DNA of 64,000 bases from an uncultured delta proteobacterium (GTDB lineage: Bacteria; Desulfobacterota; Binatia; Binatales; Binataceae). The position numbers and the translations under genes are program-made. Numbering within the stretch: position 1 is the first letter of the stretch; each line of letters opens with the position of its first letter. The notes beneath the pieces were generated by a model. The model was given only the letters and a program-made list of their open reading frames with translations. It was not told where the DNA came from and searched no databases. The stretch is taken from the NCBI GenBank assembly GCA_963711565.1, contig CAVQEQ010000004.1, forward strand, positions 160,001 to 224,000. The letters are read 5' to 3'. Positions 1 through 10,281 of the stretch are shown piece by piece.

Positions 1-4
1 CTCG

Positions 5-1258
5 ATGGTCGCGACGGTGGACATGACAAGTCTGCCGCCTGGAAAATATCGGGTGCAGGGATACCTCGAAGGGCCGGGCAACAAGCGAATCCTCACGCAA
101 TCGTCATACACGATCGCCAAAGTCGGCGGCGCGACGCATGACACGATGAAAGCGTGGATCGACGAGAACAATATTATTCACATGGGCGGCAAGCCCAGGT
201 TTGTGATCGGCATCTACGATACGACCGGCTTTGCCAATCGAGCCAGTTACTTCGCGCCGCGATTGGAGGCGATAGCCAAGGCGCCGATCAACATGATGAT
301 CAATTACTTTCTCTCCAACGGCAAAGCCGAGGTGATCTATCCTTACACCGAGGCGATGGCGCCGTTGGGGATTTATTACCTGGCAAGCGTGAACGCTTTT
401 TTTCCGGAGATGAAGCCCTATCCGAGGTGGGCGCGCATCAGCGGCGTCGGCCCCGACGAGGTGATCACTCAATACGCCAAAGCATTAGCCGGCGATTCGC
501 ATGTCGTCGGTTACTACACGTGCGACGAGTGCGCCAGCGAGGTCCAGCCACGGACATTCCATCAGTACAGCCTGATCAAGCAGAATGACCCGGGCAGTAT
601 TACCTTCGCGGTGGAAAATCTTCCCGGCGAATATAAGTACTGGCGCGACACTGTCGATGTGCTCGGGGTCGATCCCTACGTTATCGGCAGCACCAAGGAC
701 ATGAGCAACGTCGGCGATGTTACCCGGAAGATCATAAGCGCCGTCCATGACGCGCGTCCGGTGTGGGTGGTGATCCAGTTTTTCCGGGCGACGATGCTCT
801 CGCACTTTCCCACCGAGCAGGAACTGCACGACATGAGCTGGATGGCTATCACCGAAGGCGCGCGCGGAGTCTTCTATTGGTCATACGGTCTGCGCGGACT
901 CGATTGGGGCAAACGGGATCCGGTCCTTCGCCAGCAGCGCTACGACGAGCTGGTCAACGTGACTAAAGGAATCAGCGCGCTGGAACCGGTACTGCTCGCG
1001 CCGGATAGGCCCATACTCTCCGCAAATTCGGCGTCAGGCGCCGTGATTACCAAAGAGAAGGACCTGATGGACGGAAGCCGCTACCTTATCTCGTACAATC
1101 ACAGCGGCAGCAACGTTGACGCGAGTTTCACGCTGCGGCGGCAGGCACACGCGGTGTTAGTGGAGGGCGAGAATCGTTCGGTAACGCCGGAGCCGGGCGG
1201 CGCTGAATTCAAAGATACCTACGCTCCATTTCAGGCTCACGTCTATAAGATAGATTGA
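5..1258 (+). CDS. Glycoside-hydrolase-like (TIM-barrel) protein, probably 5'-truncated by the window edge
   Basis: 417-aa ORF, frame open to the window start. GH-A-like segments: 'VVGYYTCDE', 'DVLGVDPY', 'RPVWVVIQ', 'GARGVFYWSY'. Collinear with the C-terminal half of 2239..5391. Confidence 0.6.
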   Translation: MVATVDMTSLPPGKYRVQGYLEGPGNKRILTQSSYTIAKVGGATHDTMKAWIDENNIIHMGGKPRFVIGIYDTTGFANRASYFAPRLEAIAKAPINMMINYFLSNGKAEVIYPYTEAMAPLGIYYLASVNAFFPEMKPYPRWARISGVGPDEVITQYAKALAGDSHVVGYYTCDECASEVQPRTFHQYSLIKQNDPGSITFAVENLPGEYKYWRDTVDVLGVDPYVIGSTKDMSNVGDVTRKIISAVHDARPVWVVIQFFRATMLSHFPTEQELHDMSWMAITEGARGVFYWSYGLRGLDWGKRDPVLRQQRYDELVNVTKGISALEPVLLAPDRPILSANSASGAVITKEKDLMDGSRYLISYNHSGSNVDASFTLRRQAHAVLVEGENRSVTPEPGGAEFKDTYAPFQAHVYKID

Positions 1259-1324
1259 CGGCGCGGGTGATTCTTTAAGATCTTTTGCGAGTGCGCTAAG
1301 GTTTTTGATCGGCCCCGCCTCACA

Positions 1325-2230
1325 ATGAATAACAGCAAAGTATTGCGACTCCCCGGCTTCATTCATGTGGGACCGCCTCGCACCGGTACGACCTGGTTGC
1401 ATGAAGCGTTGAAGGGTCACATCGGGCTGCCGAAGGTCAAGGAGACGCGATTTTTCGATTCCCACTACGATCGCGGAGTCGAGTGGTACTGCGACAGGTT
1501 CGATGATTATCCGGCCGATGTTCCCGCTGGCGAGATGGGTCCCACCTACTTCTCGAATGCGGTCGCGCGAGAAAGAATCAAGCTTCATATTCCGGACTGC
1601 AAGATAATCGTCACTTTTCGCGAGCCGGCGTCGCGGCTGTATTCGATGTATCGGCTGACTCGAGCGGGACGCCATCCGGCGGAAGATACGTTCGAGGGAT
1701 ATTGGCGATACAAGATCGATTGCGGCGGGGATTTGTGCAGCTATGCCGTTCAGCTTGAGCGATGGCAGGCCGCATTTGGCAGGTCACGGGTGCTGGTGCG
1801 GTTCTACGATGATCTGAATTCGGACCCGCAAGGATACCTGGACTCGGTCTGCGACTTTATCGCAGCGCATCGCGTCGCGCTGGATTCCGCGAAGGTCGGC
1901 GATGCGAAGGTATATTCGGCGCCGGTAGCCGCGCGCTCGAGCGCTATCGGCTGGCGCTCGTTCGCGGCTCTCTACTGGGCTTCGCGCCATGGCGCGCGTC
2001 CACTGATCGAACTCGGCCGGCGGACCGCGTTGGGAAAGATGTTGCGGCGCAAATTCGTCGAGGACTTCCAGCCGCTAAGCGCGGAGGAGGCCGACGAGAT
2101 TCGCGCGATGACGCTGCCGGATACCGAGGAGCTCGAGCGAATGACTGGCAGAGACCTTTCCAGCTGGAAACCCCGCGCGCATCGCAAATTCGACGATGGT
2201 CGCGGGGAAGTTCGATCGCAAACCGGGTAA
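1325..2230 (+). CDS. PAPS-dependent sulfotransferase
   Basis: 5'-PSB loop 'HVGPPRTGTTWL', 'KETRFF', 3'-PB motif 'FREPASRLYS'. Confidence 0.88.
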   Translation: MNNSKVLRLPGFIHVGPPRTGTTWLHEALKGHIGLPKVKETRFFDSHYDRGVEWYCDRFDDYPADVPAGEMGPTYFSNAVARERIKLHIPDCKIIVTFREPASRLYSMYRLTRAGRHPAEDTFEGYWRYKIDCGGDLCSYAVQLERWQAAFGRSRVLVRFYDDLNSDPQGYLDSVCDFIAAHRVALDSAKVGDAKVYSAPVAARSSAIGWRSFAALYWASRHGARPLIELGRRTALGKMLRRKFVEDFQPLSAEEADEIRAMTLPDTEELERMTGRDLSSWKPRAHRKFDDGRGEVRSQTG

Positions 2231-2238
2231 CATCGACC

Positions 2239-5200
2239 TTGCGGATTACGCTGTCCTCTTTAATTGCCGTGCTCGCGCTGATGGCCGGCGTGGCGCATGC
2301 GCAACCCGCGCCGCAACTCGGCCCCAGCGTCGCGACGATGTGGCCTTACACGCAGACGACCGGCCCCAATCTGCTGCCGAGCAATCCATTCGGAACCGTT
2401 GCAGGCGGATGCAGTCTCGCGGGCTGGACCTATCACAGCCAGGGCGGAGCCGAGTGGAGCGCGGTGCCGGACCCGATAGGCGGCGTCGAGAGCGGCAACT
2501 GCGTCGCGCAGCTTACCAACGCCGAGTCGTCCAAATTCGTTCAATCCGCCAGTCAGTCGCTGTCGTTGTCGCCGGGCTTCTACTCGATCCGATGCAACGT
2601 TGCCGCCAAGGACAACAACTCAGGCCAAATTTCCATCCAGTACGTTTATGCCGGTAAGGGTACGCCGCCGAGGAGCGTCAAGCTGGCTTTCGGAACGAAC
2701 CCGAATGACCCCAGCAGCAATACGCCGTCCAGCCTGCAGACAGTTGTGACGGGCGGCAGCTCGCCCGACCCGTTGTGTATCAACCTGGTGAATCCCGCCG
2801 CTGTGGTCGTCGCGAATCCCAATGACTGCAGAACCAGCGCATGGGCGAGGACGATGATCCAGCTCGTCGCCGCGATCAACGCCGATCCCAACTACCACGC
2901 CGAGATCCTCAGCCATCATACCTTCCCGCTGTCCACCGCACTGGATCCGTCGCAAGATGGCCAGGAAATTCTGACCTACTGCCCCGCGGGCGCGACCTGC
3001 CCGCCGTACCAAGCGTACCCGATCGGCGGCTCGAATCTGCTCAACGGCTACAACTGCCGCGTCGGCGGCATGAACACCGCGTTCGGCGCGAACCGGATTT
3101 ATGGAAACCATCCTGGATGGGTAACGCCCACGCCGCACGGGAGCCTGGGTGAAGTCAGTCCGAGCGCATCCAAGGTGATGCTCTGGCTGCAAACCTGGTC
3201 GAAACCGAGCGGCACCGGCTATTGGGGATTCGGCAAAGGCACGGGCCTTTTTCGTCTGGCCGATCCCGATGCGAACATTATGGTGCGTTTTCCGAATTTT
3301 CTGCACACCTACATCGACACGCTCGCGAGCGGCGCGGATCTGAAGGTGGATTATAGATCTGTCACGGGCGCGGCGTGCGCGGGCGCGCCGGATTGCGGGT
3401 CGGGGCAATGCGAGATGGAATTGCTGAGCGGCGACTCGATCATCGCGCATCAATGCGTCAGGCCCAGCAAGACTTGGCAGACCATCTCGGGATTCGGATT
3501 CGGCGCCAAGCCCGACGGCGACTACACGGTGCAACTCGCGGGCATCGCATCGATCAGGCCGTCGGCGAAGATCTCGAAGCTCGCGTATATTCCGGTCGCG
3601 TGGAACGGCTTCTTCGACGCCAACAACTGGCTGCACAAGCGCATCCCCGGCGCCTTCTCGCACGCGAACACCAGCAGCGACGGTCTCGATTTTTCCGGCC
3701 CGCTCCTGGCAATCGGCTTCTATGACACGCAGGCGGCTCACCTGGATCTTGCCGGCAACGAATGCGTGCTCAACGGCGTGGCGGGTACGCCACTCGGCAT
3801 CAGCTCGATTTCCGAAAGCGGCACGACGGTGATTGTCGCGACCGCGGGTCCGCACGGGTTGAAGAGCGGCGGCAATGTCGGGATCGCGCAGCTTCATTCA
3901 CCGCTGGCAGCGGCTGCTTATGACAATTCAAACTTCGGGCCGATTACGGTCACCGATTCCACGCATTTCACATTCATCGCGACGGCCGGCCTTCCGAGTG
4001 ACAACAACGACGGCGTGATTGGCGGGGCTTGTCCAGGGGGCCAGGGCTTCATCGGCGATGTTGCCCGCAACGCGCGCCTCGACCTCTATCTCAATTATTT
4101 TCTCGCCACTACGGATACAGCCGCCGTTGTTCAGTTGGGCCACGCGCTTCAGAAAGAGCCCGGCGGAGGCATCCTTAGGATCGATTCGGTCAATCAATCC
4201 TTCTTTCCATGGAAGGGCTATGACCCGGAGTTGACTGGTAACGTGCTGTCCGGTGACCCGGCGCACACCGGCTGCTATTGCACCTGCACGTCGAACGCGA
4301 ACCCGGCGTGCGCTGCTGCGACCGATCCGAAAAACAACAAGACCTGGAATGTCGCCGGCTACTGCGGAGCGAACAACTCGACGCTCGGCCGTCCGTCTTA
4401 TTATGTCGGCGATCTTTGCGCGCCGGGATTCTTCGATGATCTCGATCACCGGCTCGGCGGCGGCGGAAACAATCCGCCCGGACTTGGGAGTGCATCGACC
4501 AGCGCACAGACCGGCGATCCGAGCTTTTTCGGAATGTACGTGCATGACGAGCCTACGATCGAGTTTCTGCCCAAGGTGCAGAGCCTGACGCAGTACATCC
4601 GAACTTATTCCCGCTCCGCCGTGACCTTCGGTGCGTTCGCCGGCGGCTTTATGCAGACGCCCAACCAACTGTCCACCTGGCGTAACGTCAACGACGTACC
4701 GATGGTCGACAATTATCCTGTTGCTTACCATCTACCGATCGGCGGGAACTCGCCGACGACCTATCCCACGTTGACGCCGGATCCGACGCGATTTCCGGCG
4801 AGCGCCGGACTGCAGCAATCGGTCTGGAAGCTCCTGCTCTCCCTCAATGGAAATCCCACCACCTCGCCGATAACGCCGGGCACACGGCCGATTGGTTTCG
4901 TACTCGAGGATTGGGGCGCGCCGAATCTTACGCGGTGGGCGACGTTTTTTCAGGCCGAGAATATGGCGTGGCAGGCTATTTTCGGCGGAGCGAACGTCAT
5001 GATGCTCTGGTCGGCCGGTACCCTCGGCGAATTGTACATTCGCTCCTGCCCCGACTTCGGCAAGAATGCGGTCGCGTGCCAGGCGGAGCATAAGGCGACG
5101 GTTGCGATTCCACTCTTGCAGGAACTTGTGTTGTATAACCCCTTCATCGTGAGCACCGACAAGCACGGAGTACCGGGCCTTCCCGCCGGCGTCTTTGGCT

Positions 5201-5391
5201 ATGAATCGACCGCGAAAGTGGAAGAGCACGATGGCTCAAAGGTCCAGACGAGAGTCTTCACCGCCAACGCGACTGCCTCGAAGCAATGCGACGGCGAAAC
5301 TCCGCAGCGCTGCTGGGCTGCTGCGGGCGAGCAGGGCAGCACGCGCCTGAATGAGGCGCCGTGGTTCTCGGACGCGCCGTCGCACCCATAG
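2239..5391 (+). CDS. Large secreted Cys-rich multidomain protein with a GH-like C-terminal domain (paralog of 5..1258)
   Basis: TTG start; signal peptide ending 'VAHA'. Motifs matching gene 1: 'FDANNWLH', 'AIGFYDT', 'LNYFL', 'GMYVHDEP', 'MVDNYP', 'GGANVMMLWS'. Confidence 0.7.
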   Translation: MRITLSSLIAVLALMAGVAHAQPAPQLGPSVATMWPYTQTTGPNLLPSNPFGTVAGGCSLAGWTYHSQGGAEWSAVPDPIGGVESGNCVAQLTNAESSKFVQSASQSLSLSPGFYSIRCNVAAKDNNSGQISIQYVYAGKGTPPRSVKLAFGTNPNDPSSNTPSSLQTVVTGGSSPDPLCINLVNPAAVVVANPNDCRTSAWARTMIQLVAAINADPNYHAEILSHHTFPLSTALDPSQDGQEILTYCPAGATCPPYQAYPIGGSNLLNGYNCRVGGMNTAFGANRIYGNHPGWVTPTPHGSLGEVSPSASKVMLWLQTWSKPSGTGYWGFGKGTGLFRLADPDANIMVRFPNFLHTYIDTLASGADLKVDYRSVTGAACAGAPDCGSGQCEMELLSGDSIIAHQCVRPSKTWQTISGFGFGAKPDGDYTVQLAGIASIRPSAKISKLAYIPVAWNGFFDANNWLHKRIPGAFSHANTSSDGLDFSGPLLAIGFYDTQAAHLDLAGNECVLNGVAGTPLGISSISESGTTVIVATAGPHGLKSGGNVGIAQLHSPLAAAAYDNSNFGPITVTDSTHFTFIATAGLPSDNNDGVIGGACPGGQGFIGDVARNARLDLYLNYFLATTDTAAVVQLGHALQKEPGGGILRIDSVNQSFFPWKGYDPELTGNVLSGDPAHTGCYCTCTSNANPACAAATDPKNNKTWNVAGYCGANNSTLGRPSYYVGDLCAPGFFDDLDHRLGGGGNNPPGLGSASTSAQTGDPSFFGMYVHDEPTIEFLPKVQSLTQYIRTYSRSAVTFGAFAGGFMQTPNQLSTWRNVNDVPMVDNYPVAYHLPIGGNSPTTYPTLTPDPTRFPASAGLQQSVWKLLLSLNGNPTTSPITPGTRPIGFVLEDWGAPNLTRWATFFQAENMAWQAIFGGANVMMLWSAGTLGELYIRSCPDFGKNAVACQAEHKATVAIPLLQELVLYNPFIVSTDKHGVPGLPAGVFGYESTAKVEEHDGSKVQTRVFTANATASKQCDGETPQRCWAAAGEQGSTRLNEAPWFSDAPSHP

Positions 5392-5425
5392 CAGGCTGAC
5401 ATCTGGTATAATTCACCGCGCGCGG

Positions 5426-6397
5426 ATGACGATGGGAATTCAACCGAATCTTATGGACACGAAACGAGTTGGCAACGGAAAAGCATTGCGCCTTCCCGAC
5501 TTTATCCACGCCGGCCCGGCGCGATGCGGGACCACGTGGTTGCATGAGGCGCTAAGCCCCCACGTGCGCCTTCCCCTGGAAAAGGAGACGCTGTTTTTTG
5601 AGTATCACTACGAGCGCGGGATTCAGTGGTATGGCGATCTTTTCAGAACCGCGTCGCCGGACGTTCCATGTGGAGAGATCGCACCTTCCTATTTCGCCAA
5701 CGCCGTTGTCCGCGAAAGGATTCGCAAGGACCTTCCGGATTGCAAGATAATGTGCACCTTTCGCGATCCAGCGACGCGCTTGTACTCGCAGTATCGGATG
5801 TTGCGCAGGGGCGGCACCTTGGAACGGTCGATTAATTTCACCCGGTACTACAGGTTGCTCGTGCATTGGGGCGGCGACATTTGCGGCTACGCGACCCAGC
5901 TGCGCAGATGGCAGCAGACCTTCGGCGAGCATCACGTGCTGGCTTTGTTCTACGAGGACCTGATGACCGATCCGCAGGCGTACCTGGACCAGGTCTGCAA
6001 CTACATCGGCACGCCCAGGTTCCCGCTGGAAAAATCGCCGGTAGCCGACGTGAAAGTTATGTCGATCTGGTCGCGCCCGCGAGACAACCGCGCGTCCAGA
6101 CTTGCCGCGGGTTCTTTTCACTGGCTCGCTCAACATGGCGCGCATGCGCTGATACAACGCGCCAAGCAGACCTCGATTGGACAGCGGATGCGCGCTCTGC
6201 TGGTCGAAGACTATGAATCTCTCAGCCAATCCTCGATCGACGAAGTCCGGCACCTCATGCTCCCTGACACTGAAGAGCTGGAACGAATGACGGGAAGAGA
6301 CCTCTCGCGCTGGAAGCCCGGCGCCGCGAGCAACGGCAAGCCGGCGCGCGAATACACGCGTTCTCTACCCGGCAGGCTGATGGATCGCCGGGTCTGA
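5426..6397 (+). CDS. PAPS-dependent sulfotransferase (paralog of 1325..2230)
   Basis: 'HAGPARCGTTWL', 'KETLFF', 'FRDPATRLYS', shared C-terminal 'LPDTEELERMTGRDLS.WKP'. Start is ATG 5426, 5432 or 5453 rather than 5351. Confidence 0.88.
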   Translation: MTMGIQPNLMDTKRVGNGKALRLPDFIHAGPARCGTTWLHEALSPHVRLPLEKETLFFEYHYERGIQWYGDLFRTASPDVPCGEIAPSYFANAVVRERIRKDLPDCKIMCTFRDPATRLYSQYRMLRRGGTLERSINFTRYYRLLVHWGGDICGYATQLRRWQQTFGEHHVLALFYEDLMTDPQAYLDQVCNYIGTPRFPLEKSPVADVKVMSIWSRPRDNRASRLAAGSFHWLAQHGAHALIQRAKQTSIGQRMRALLVEDYESLSQSSIDEVRHLMLPDTEELERMTGRDLSRWKPGAASNGKPAREYTRSLPGRLMDRRV

Positions 6398-6412
6398 AAC
6401 GAAAGCGCCGGT

Positions 6413-7213
6413 ATGCAGAAGGATCTGATCTACGACGTGGGCTTCCACCATGGGGAAGACACGGAATTTTATCTGGCGAAAGGCTTCAAAGTAGTAGCGA
6501 TCGAGGCGCATCCCGGGCTTTATCGCGCGGGCCTCGAGAAGTTTGCCGACCACATAGAATCAGGACGGCTCGTCCTGTTGAACCTTGCCGTTGCCGAGAC
6601 TTCCGGACCGATCACCTTCTTCGAGAGTGACAATGACGTCTGGGGCAGCATCAATCGCGATGCCGCCATGCGCAACGTGCGGCTCGGCGCGGGTTGGCGC
6701 GAGATCACGGTTGAGGGCAGGCGGTTCGCCGAGATTCTCCGCCAGTTCGGCACTCCCTATTTCATGAAGGTGGATATCGAGGGCGCCGACTCGCTGTGTC
6801 TGAAAGCTCTCGCGGAGTTCGACGACCGCCCGCGGTATGTGTCTATCGAAGCGGAGGTAGACGTCCTCTCCGCTATCCGTCGGGAGATATCAACCCTGAA
6901 CAGCCTCGGCTATCGCAAATTCAAGATCGTGCGGCAGGGCCATGTACCCCTTCAATCCTGCCCCTCGCCGGCACGCGAGGGACGGTTCGTCGAGTACAAG
7001 TTCCCCTATGGTTCGAGCGGAATGTTCGGTGAAGAGGCCCCCGGCGATTGGGTCAGCGGCGACGCGGCAGTCGAGGGATACCGCAGGATCGTGCGCGTCC
7101 AGCGTTTCTTCGGCGACAAGGGATGGGTCCGCCGGCTTCCGCTCAGCACCAAGATAATCAACTTCATCCGGCCGGACGTGAGCTGGTACGACACGCATGC
7201 AAGTCTCGCCTAG
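6413..7213 (+). CDS. FkbM-family methyltransferase
   Basis: 'IYDVGFHHG', 'VVAIEAHP', 'FMKVDIEG'. Confidence 0.88.
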   Translation: MQKDLIYDVGFHHGEDTEFYLAKGFKVVAIEAHPGLYRAGLEKFADHIESGRLVLLNLAVAETSGPITFFESDNDVWGSINRDAAMRNVRLGAGWREITVEGRRFAEILRQFGTPYFMKVDIEGADSLCLKALAEFDDRPRYVSIEAEVDVLSAIRREISTLNSLGYRKFKIVRQGHVPLQSCPSPAREGRFVEYKFPYGSSGMFGEEAPGDWVSGDAAVEGYRRIVRVQRFFGDKGWVRRLPLSTKIINFIRPDVSWYDTHASLA

Positions 7214-7370
7214 CAGGGTGTTGAAGAACTCGATGCAACTGGTGGATTTGATTTCAAGCGCTTCAACACGCTGCGTAGAAACTGCCTTCTTACCTACAAC
7301 ATCTCCCCCTTTGGGGGAGAAAAGAGAGGGGGAGCAGGCGCTGAAAATTACTCTTTCAACAGCCTGCTAG
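7210..7370. mobile_element. MITE-like non-autonomous element with IS5-type ends and CTAG target duplication
   Basis: CTAG (7210-7213) + CAGGGTGTTGAAGAA ... TCTTTCAACAGCCTG + CTAG (7367-7370); inverted repeat matches 12/15. No transposase. Internal hairpin TCTCCCCC-TTT-GGGGGAGA at 7302-7320. Confidence 0.6.
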
Positions 7371-7384
7371 GCAGGCAACCCGAC

Positions 7385-8455
7385 TTGCAACCGCTCGTCA
7401 GCATCATCATCGACAATTTCAACTACGCACGGTTTCTCGGCGCGGCGATCGACAGTGCCCTTGCACAGAGCTATGCACCCGTCGAAGTCGTGGTCGTCGA
7501 TGACGGCTCGACCGACAACTCCCGCGAGGTGATTTCGCGCTACGGCGACAGGGTGTCAGCGATCTTCAAGCCAAACGGCGGCCATGCTTCTGCGTTCAAC
7601 GCCGGCTTTGGCGCGAGTCACGGTAGCATCGTGATGTTCCTCGACGCCGACGACGCGCTGCTGCCCATCGCCGTCGAGGAGGTCGTGCGAGCGTGGCACG
7701 AAGGTGTCGCCAAGGCGCAATTCGTGCTGGCTCATATCGACGCAGAGGGCCGCCCGCTTGGCGGAACCGTTCCATATTTGCCGGCGCAAATGCCGGAGGG
7801 CGACATCCGCGCATCGATACTCGATGCGGGCGGCTACATCGGAGTGCCGACGAGCGGCAACGCTTTCGCGCGATCGGTCCTCGAGCGCCTGCTGCCGTTG
7901 CCGGAATCGAATTGGCGTCAGGCGGCGGACACTTCGCTTGAAATCATCGCCCCGTTTTTGGGCGATGTCGTTTCGCTTGGAAAAACTCTGGGGTGCTACC
8001 GGATTCACGAGTCCAATCACGGCATGCTGCGCGACGATCTCGATTCGCGCAAACTGCGCGTCAAGATAGTCATCGATCTGCAACGCGAATCCGCGCTGTC
8101 CGAGTTCGCCAGAATGTCGGGGTTCACGATCCCGCCCGATTGGGCCGCGCGTGAGCCGGCGCATCTGAAGTATCGGCTGGCCTCACTGCGCCTCGATCCA
8201 ACCCATCACCCGATAATGGATGATCGGGCGACGCGCCTGATGCTGATGGGACTGAGATCCACCTGGCGGAATCCCGGATACAATCTTCGAGGCCGGCTCT
8301 TTCACACGGCGTGGTTTCCGCTCGCCGCGCTGCTGCCGCAAGCCGCGGCTGTGAAAATAATCCGGCGTGGATTGCTGCCCGGTCGCCGACGCGGGCAGTA
8401 TCAAGCTGAGGACTCGGTGCAATCTCCGATCGTCAGCGAGGGGCGGTTGCGATGA
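7385..8455 (+). CDS. Glycosyltransferase family 2
   Basis: 'VVVVDDGSTD', 'NGGHASAFNAG', 'FLDADD'. Confidence 0.92.
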   Translation: MQPLVSIIIDNFNYARFLGAAIDSALAQSYAPVEVVVVDDGSTDNSREVISRYGDRVSAIFKPNGGHASAFNAGFGASHGSIVMFLDADDALLPIAVEEVVRAWHEGVAKAQFVLAHIDAEGRPLGGTVPYLPAQMPEGDIRASILDAGGYIGVPTSGNAFARSVLERLLPLPESNWRQAADTSLEIIAPFLGDVVSLGKTLGCYRIHESNHGMLRDDLDSRKLRVKIVIDLQRESALSEFARMSGFTIPPDWAAREPAHLKYRLASLRLDPTHHPIMDDRATRLMLMGLRSTWRNPGYNLRGRLFHTAWFPLAALLPQAAAVKIIRRGLLPGRRRGQYQAEDSVQSPIVSEGRLR

Positions 8456-9260
8456 GAAAGAAGCGCGCCGCGACGAGCGGCGACTCCGCCGAAAACGGCA
8501 CAAAAGCATTCTGTCCCGGACCGCTCATCCATAGTTGATACCCAAGCCCTTCGAGCGAGTCCGCTATCGACTTGACTGATCCGCCGAACTTTTCGAGTCC
8601 GCACCCGACATGCATTTCGACGAAGCAATCGGGGCGATGAAGCGAGAGCGAGTCGGCGGCTCCCCGCAGCACTTTCGTTTCGAATCCCTCAACGTCTACA
8701 AACAGAACGTCGGGAGCGCCAAATCGCCGCGTCAGCTCATCGACGGTGACGCTCGACACGGAAATTTTACCCCACGCGCCCGTGCCGTCATCGACTTGTC
8801 CGTTCCCGCGCCAATTGAATTCGATCGGGTCCAAAGTGTCTGAGACCGCCGCGTGGACGGCTGTAACGTTGCCGGCTTCATTCAGGCGGATATTCCGGTT
8901 TGCCGCATCATAGTTATGCGGACTGGCCTCGACCGCGACGACTTTTCCGGTCGCGCCAACAAACTTCGCCAGGATCATCGCGATTACACACTGATGCGCG
9001 CCGCAATCGAACACGGTCGCGCCCGAACGCAGGCGATGTTGCGCCAGGAACGACATTTCAGGCGGTGTCTCTGGCGAGTCGTGGTCGTACCAGCTCCGCG
9101 CCGTCGGATCCGAGATCCACAGCTCGAACGGATACCCCGCCCATGACCGGCGCACCCGGTACGGCCGGAACCGTCGCAGCGTCCAACGATACGCCGCCAC
9201 CCGGATTCGGTTCGTGACGGCCATTGGAAGCACCGATTTGGCAGCGCTCCTGATGCTCAT
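8433..9260 (-). CDS. FkbM-family methyltransferase
   Basis: 'VFDCGAHQ', 'VVAVEASP', 'LFVDVEGFE'. Confidence 0.88.
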   Translation of the reverse strand: MSIRSAAKSVLPMAVTNRIRVAAYRWTLRRFRPYRVRRSWAGYPFELWISDPTARSWYDHDSPETPPEMSFLAQHRLRSGATVFDCGAHQCVIAMILAKFVGATGKVVAVEASPHNYDAANRNIRLNEAGNVTAVHAAVSDTLDPIEFNWRGNGQVDDGTGAWGKISVSSVTVDELTRRFGAPDVLFVDVEGFETKVLRGAADSLSLHRPDCFVEMHVGCGLEKFGGSVKSIADSLEGLGYQLWMSGPGQNAFVPFSAESPLVAARFFLIATAPR

Positions 9261-9429
9261 ACGGGTGAGGCCACTGTCGCATCGGCTGGAAGCCTTTGCA
9301 ATCTTCGCGCAGCCGCGTCGTCGCGACTATCACTCCAACGGCTCAAGCTCTTTTCTGAATCTATCGCCAACTTGTCCATGGTTCATTACGACTATACAGT
9401 TTCGAATGAACGCTGAGAGAGGATCACCG

Positions 9430-10281
9430 ATGCCTGCCAGAAATCTGCTGACTCCGCGACCAACACCTTCGGTATTGGAGCGTGCGGCTTTCAGGTTGCG
9501 CCGCGCGTCCGAGAAGATGGGCCTGACCAGCCCGGCCAGAATCGAGGTGAAGCCCGGATTCTTCGACCAATATCCGCGGTTCTATTCCACCAGCGTACTC
9601 AATGCCATTCCGCAGCGCTTGAACGAGCGATACCGCGCGCTAATCGCCGCCAATGAATCTCTCATACGAGATCGCACGATTCTCGACATGGGCTCCCACG
9701 ACGGCCGCTGGAGTTTCGCGGCACTGAAAGCCGGTGCTCGTCACGTCATCGGAATCGAGGGGCGCCCGCACCTGGTGGATTACTCGATAGCCACGATGCA
9801 GGAATACGGAATTTCCCCGGAGCGCTACCGGTTCGTAGCGGGAGACGTCTTCGATCAAATCGACCTCGTACCAACTGGCAGCATAGATACTCTTTTCTGC
9901 TTCGGGTTTTTCTATCACACGGCCAACCATATGCTGCTGTTGTCGAAGATCGGCCGCCTCAATCCGCAACATCTCATCCTGGATACGGATATCTACGGCT
10001 CGTCTACCGATTGCGCCGTCTTTTTGAAGATGGAGGAGATTGCTCACGAGGGGAGTTCTATCGTGAGTCAACCAGCGGATCCTCTTCACTCGTTGGTCGG
10101 TAAGCCGAGTCGAAGTGCGCTCGAAACGATGCTGACAAGCTTTGGATGGACCTTTTCGTACTACGACTGGCATAGCGTCGGCATCACTAACTGGAACGGT
10201 TTGAGCGACTATCAAGGCGGCTGGCGCGTTTCACTTGTGGCAAGCCGAAGCTCCAGCCCGGACTCAAGCCTGGTGGCCTGA
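9430..10281 (+). CDS. Class I SAM-dependent methyltransferase
   Basis: 'ILDMGSHDGRWS', 'VIGIEGR', 'CFGFFYH'. RBS GAGAGGA precedes ATG 9430. Confidence 0.82.
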   Translation: MPARNLLTPRPTPSVLERAAFRLRRASEKMGLTSPARIEVKPGFFDQYPRFYSTSVLNAIPQRLNERYRALIAANESLIRDRTILDMGSHDGRWSFAALKAGARHVIGIEGRPHLVDYSIATMQEYGISPERYRFVAGDVFDQIDLVPTGSIDTLFCFGFFYHTANHMLLLSKIGRLNPQHLILDTDIYGSSTDCAVFLKMEEIAHEGSSIVSQPADPLHSLVGKPSRSALETMLTSFGWTFSYYDWHSVGITNWNGLSDYQGGWRVSLVASRSSSPDSSLVA

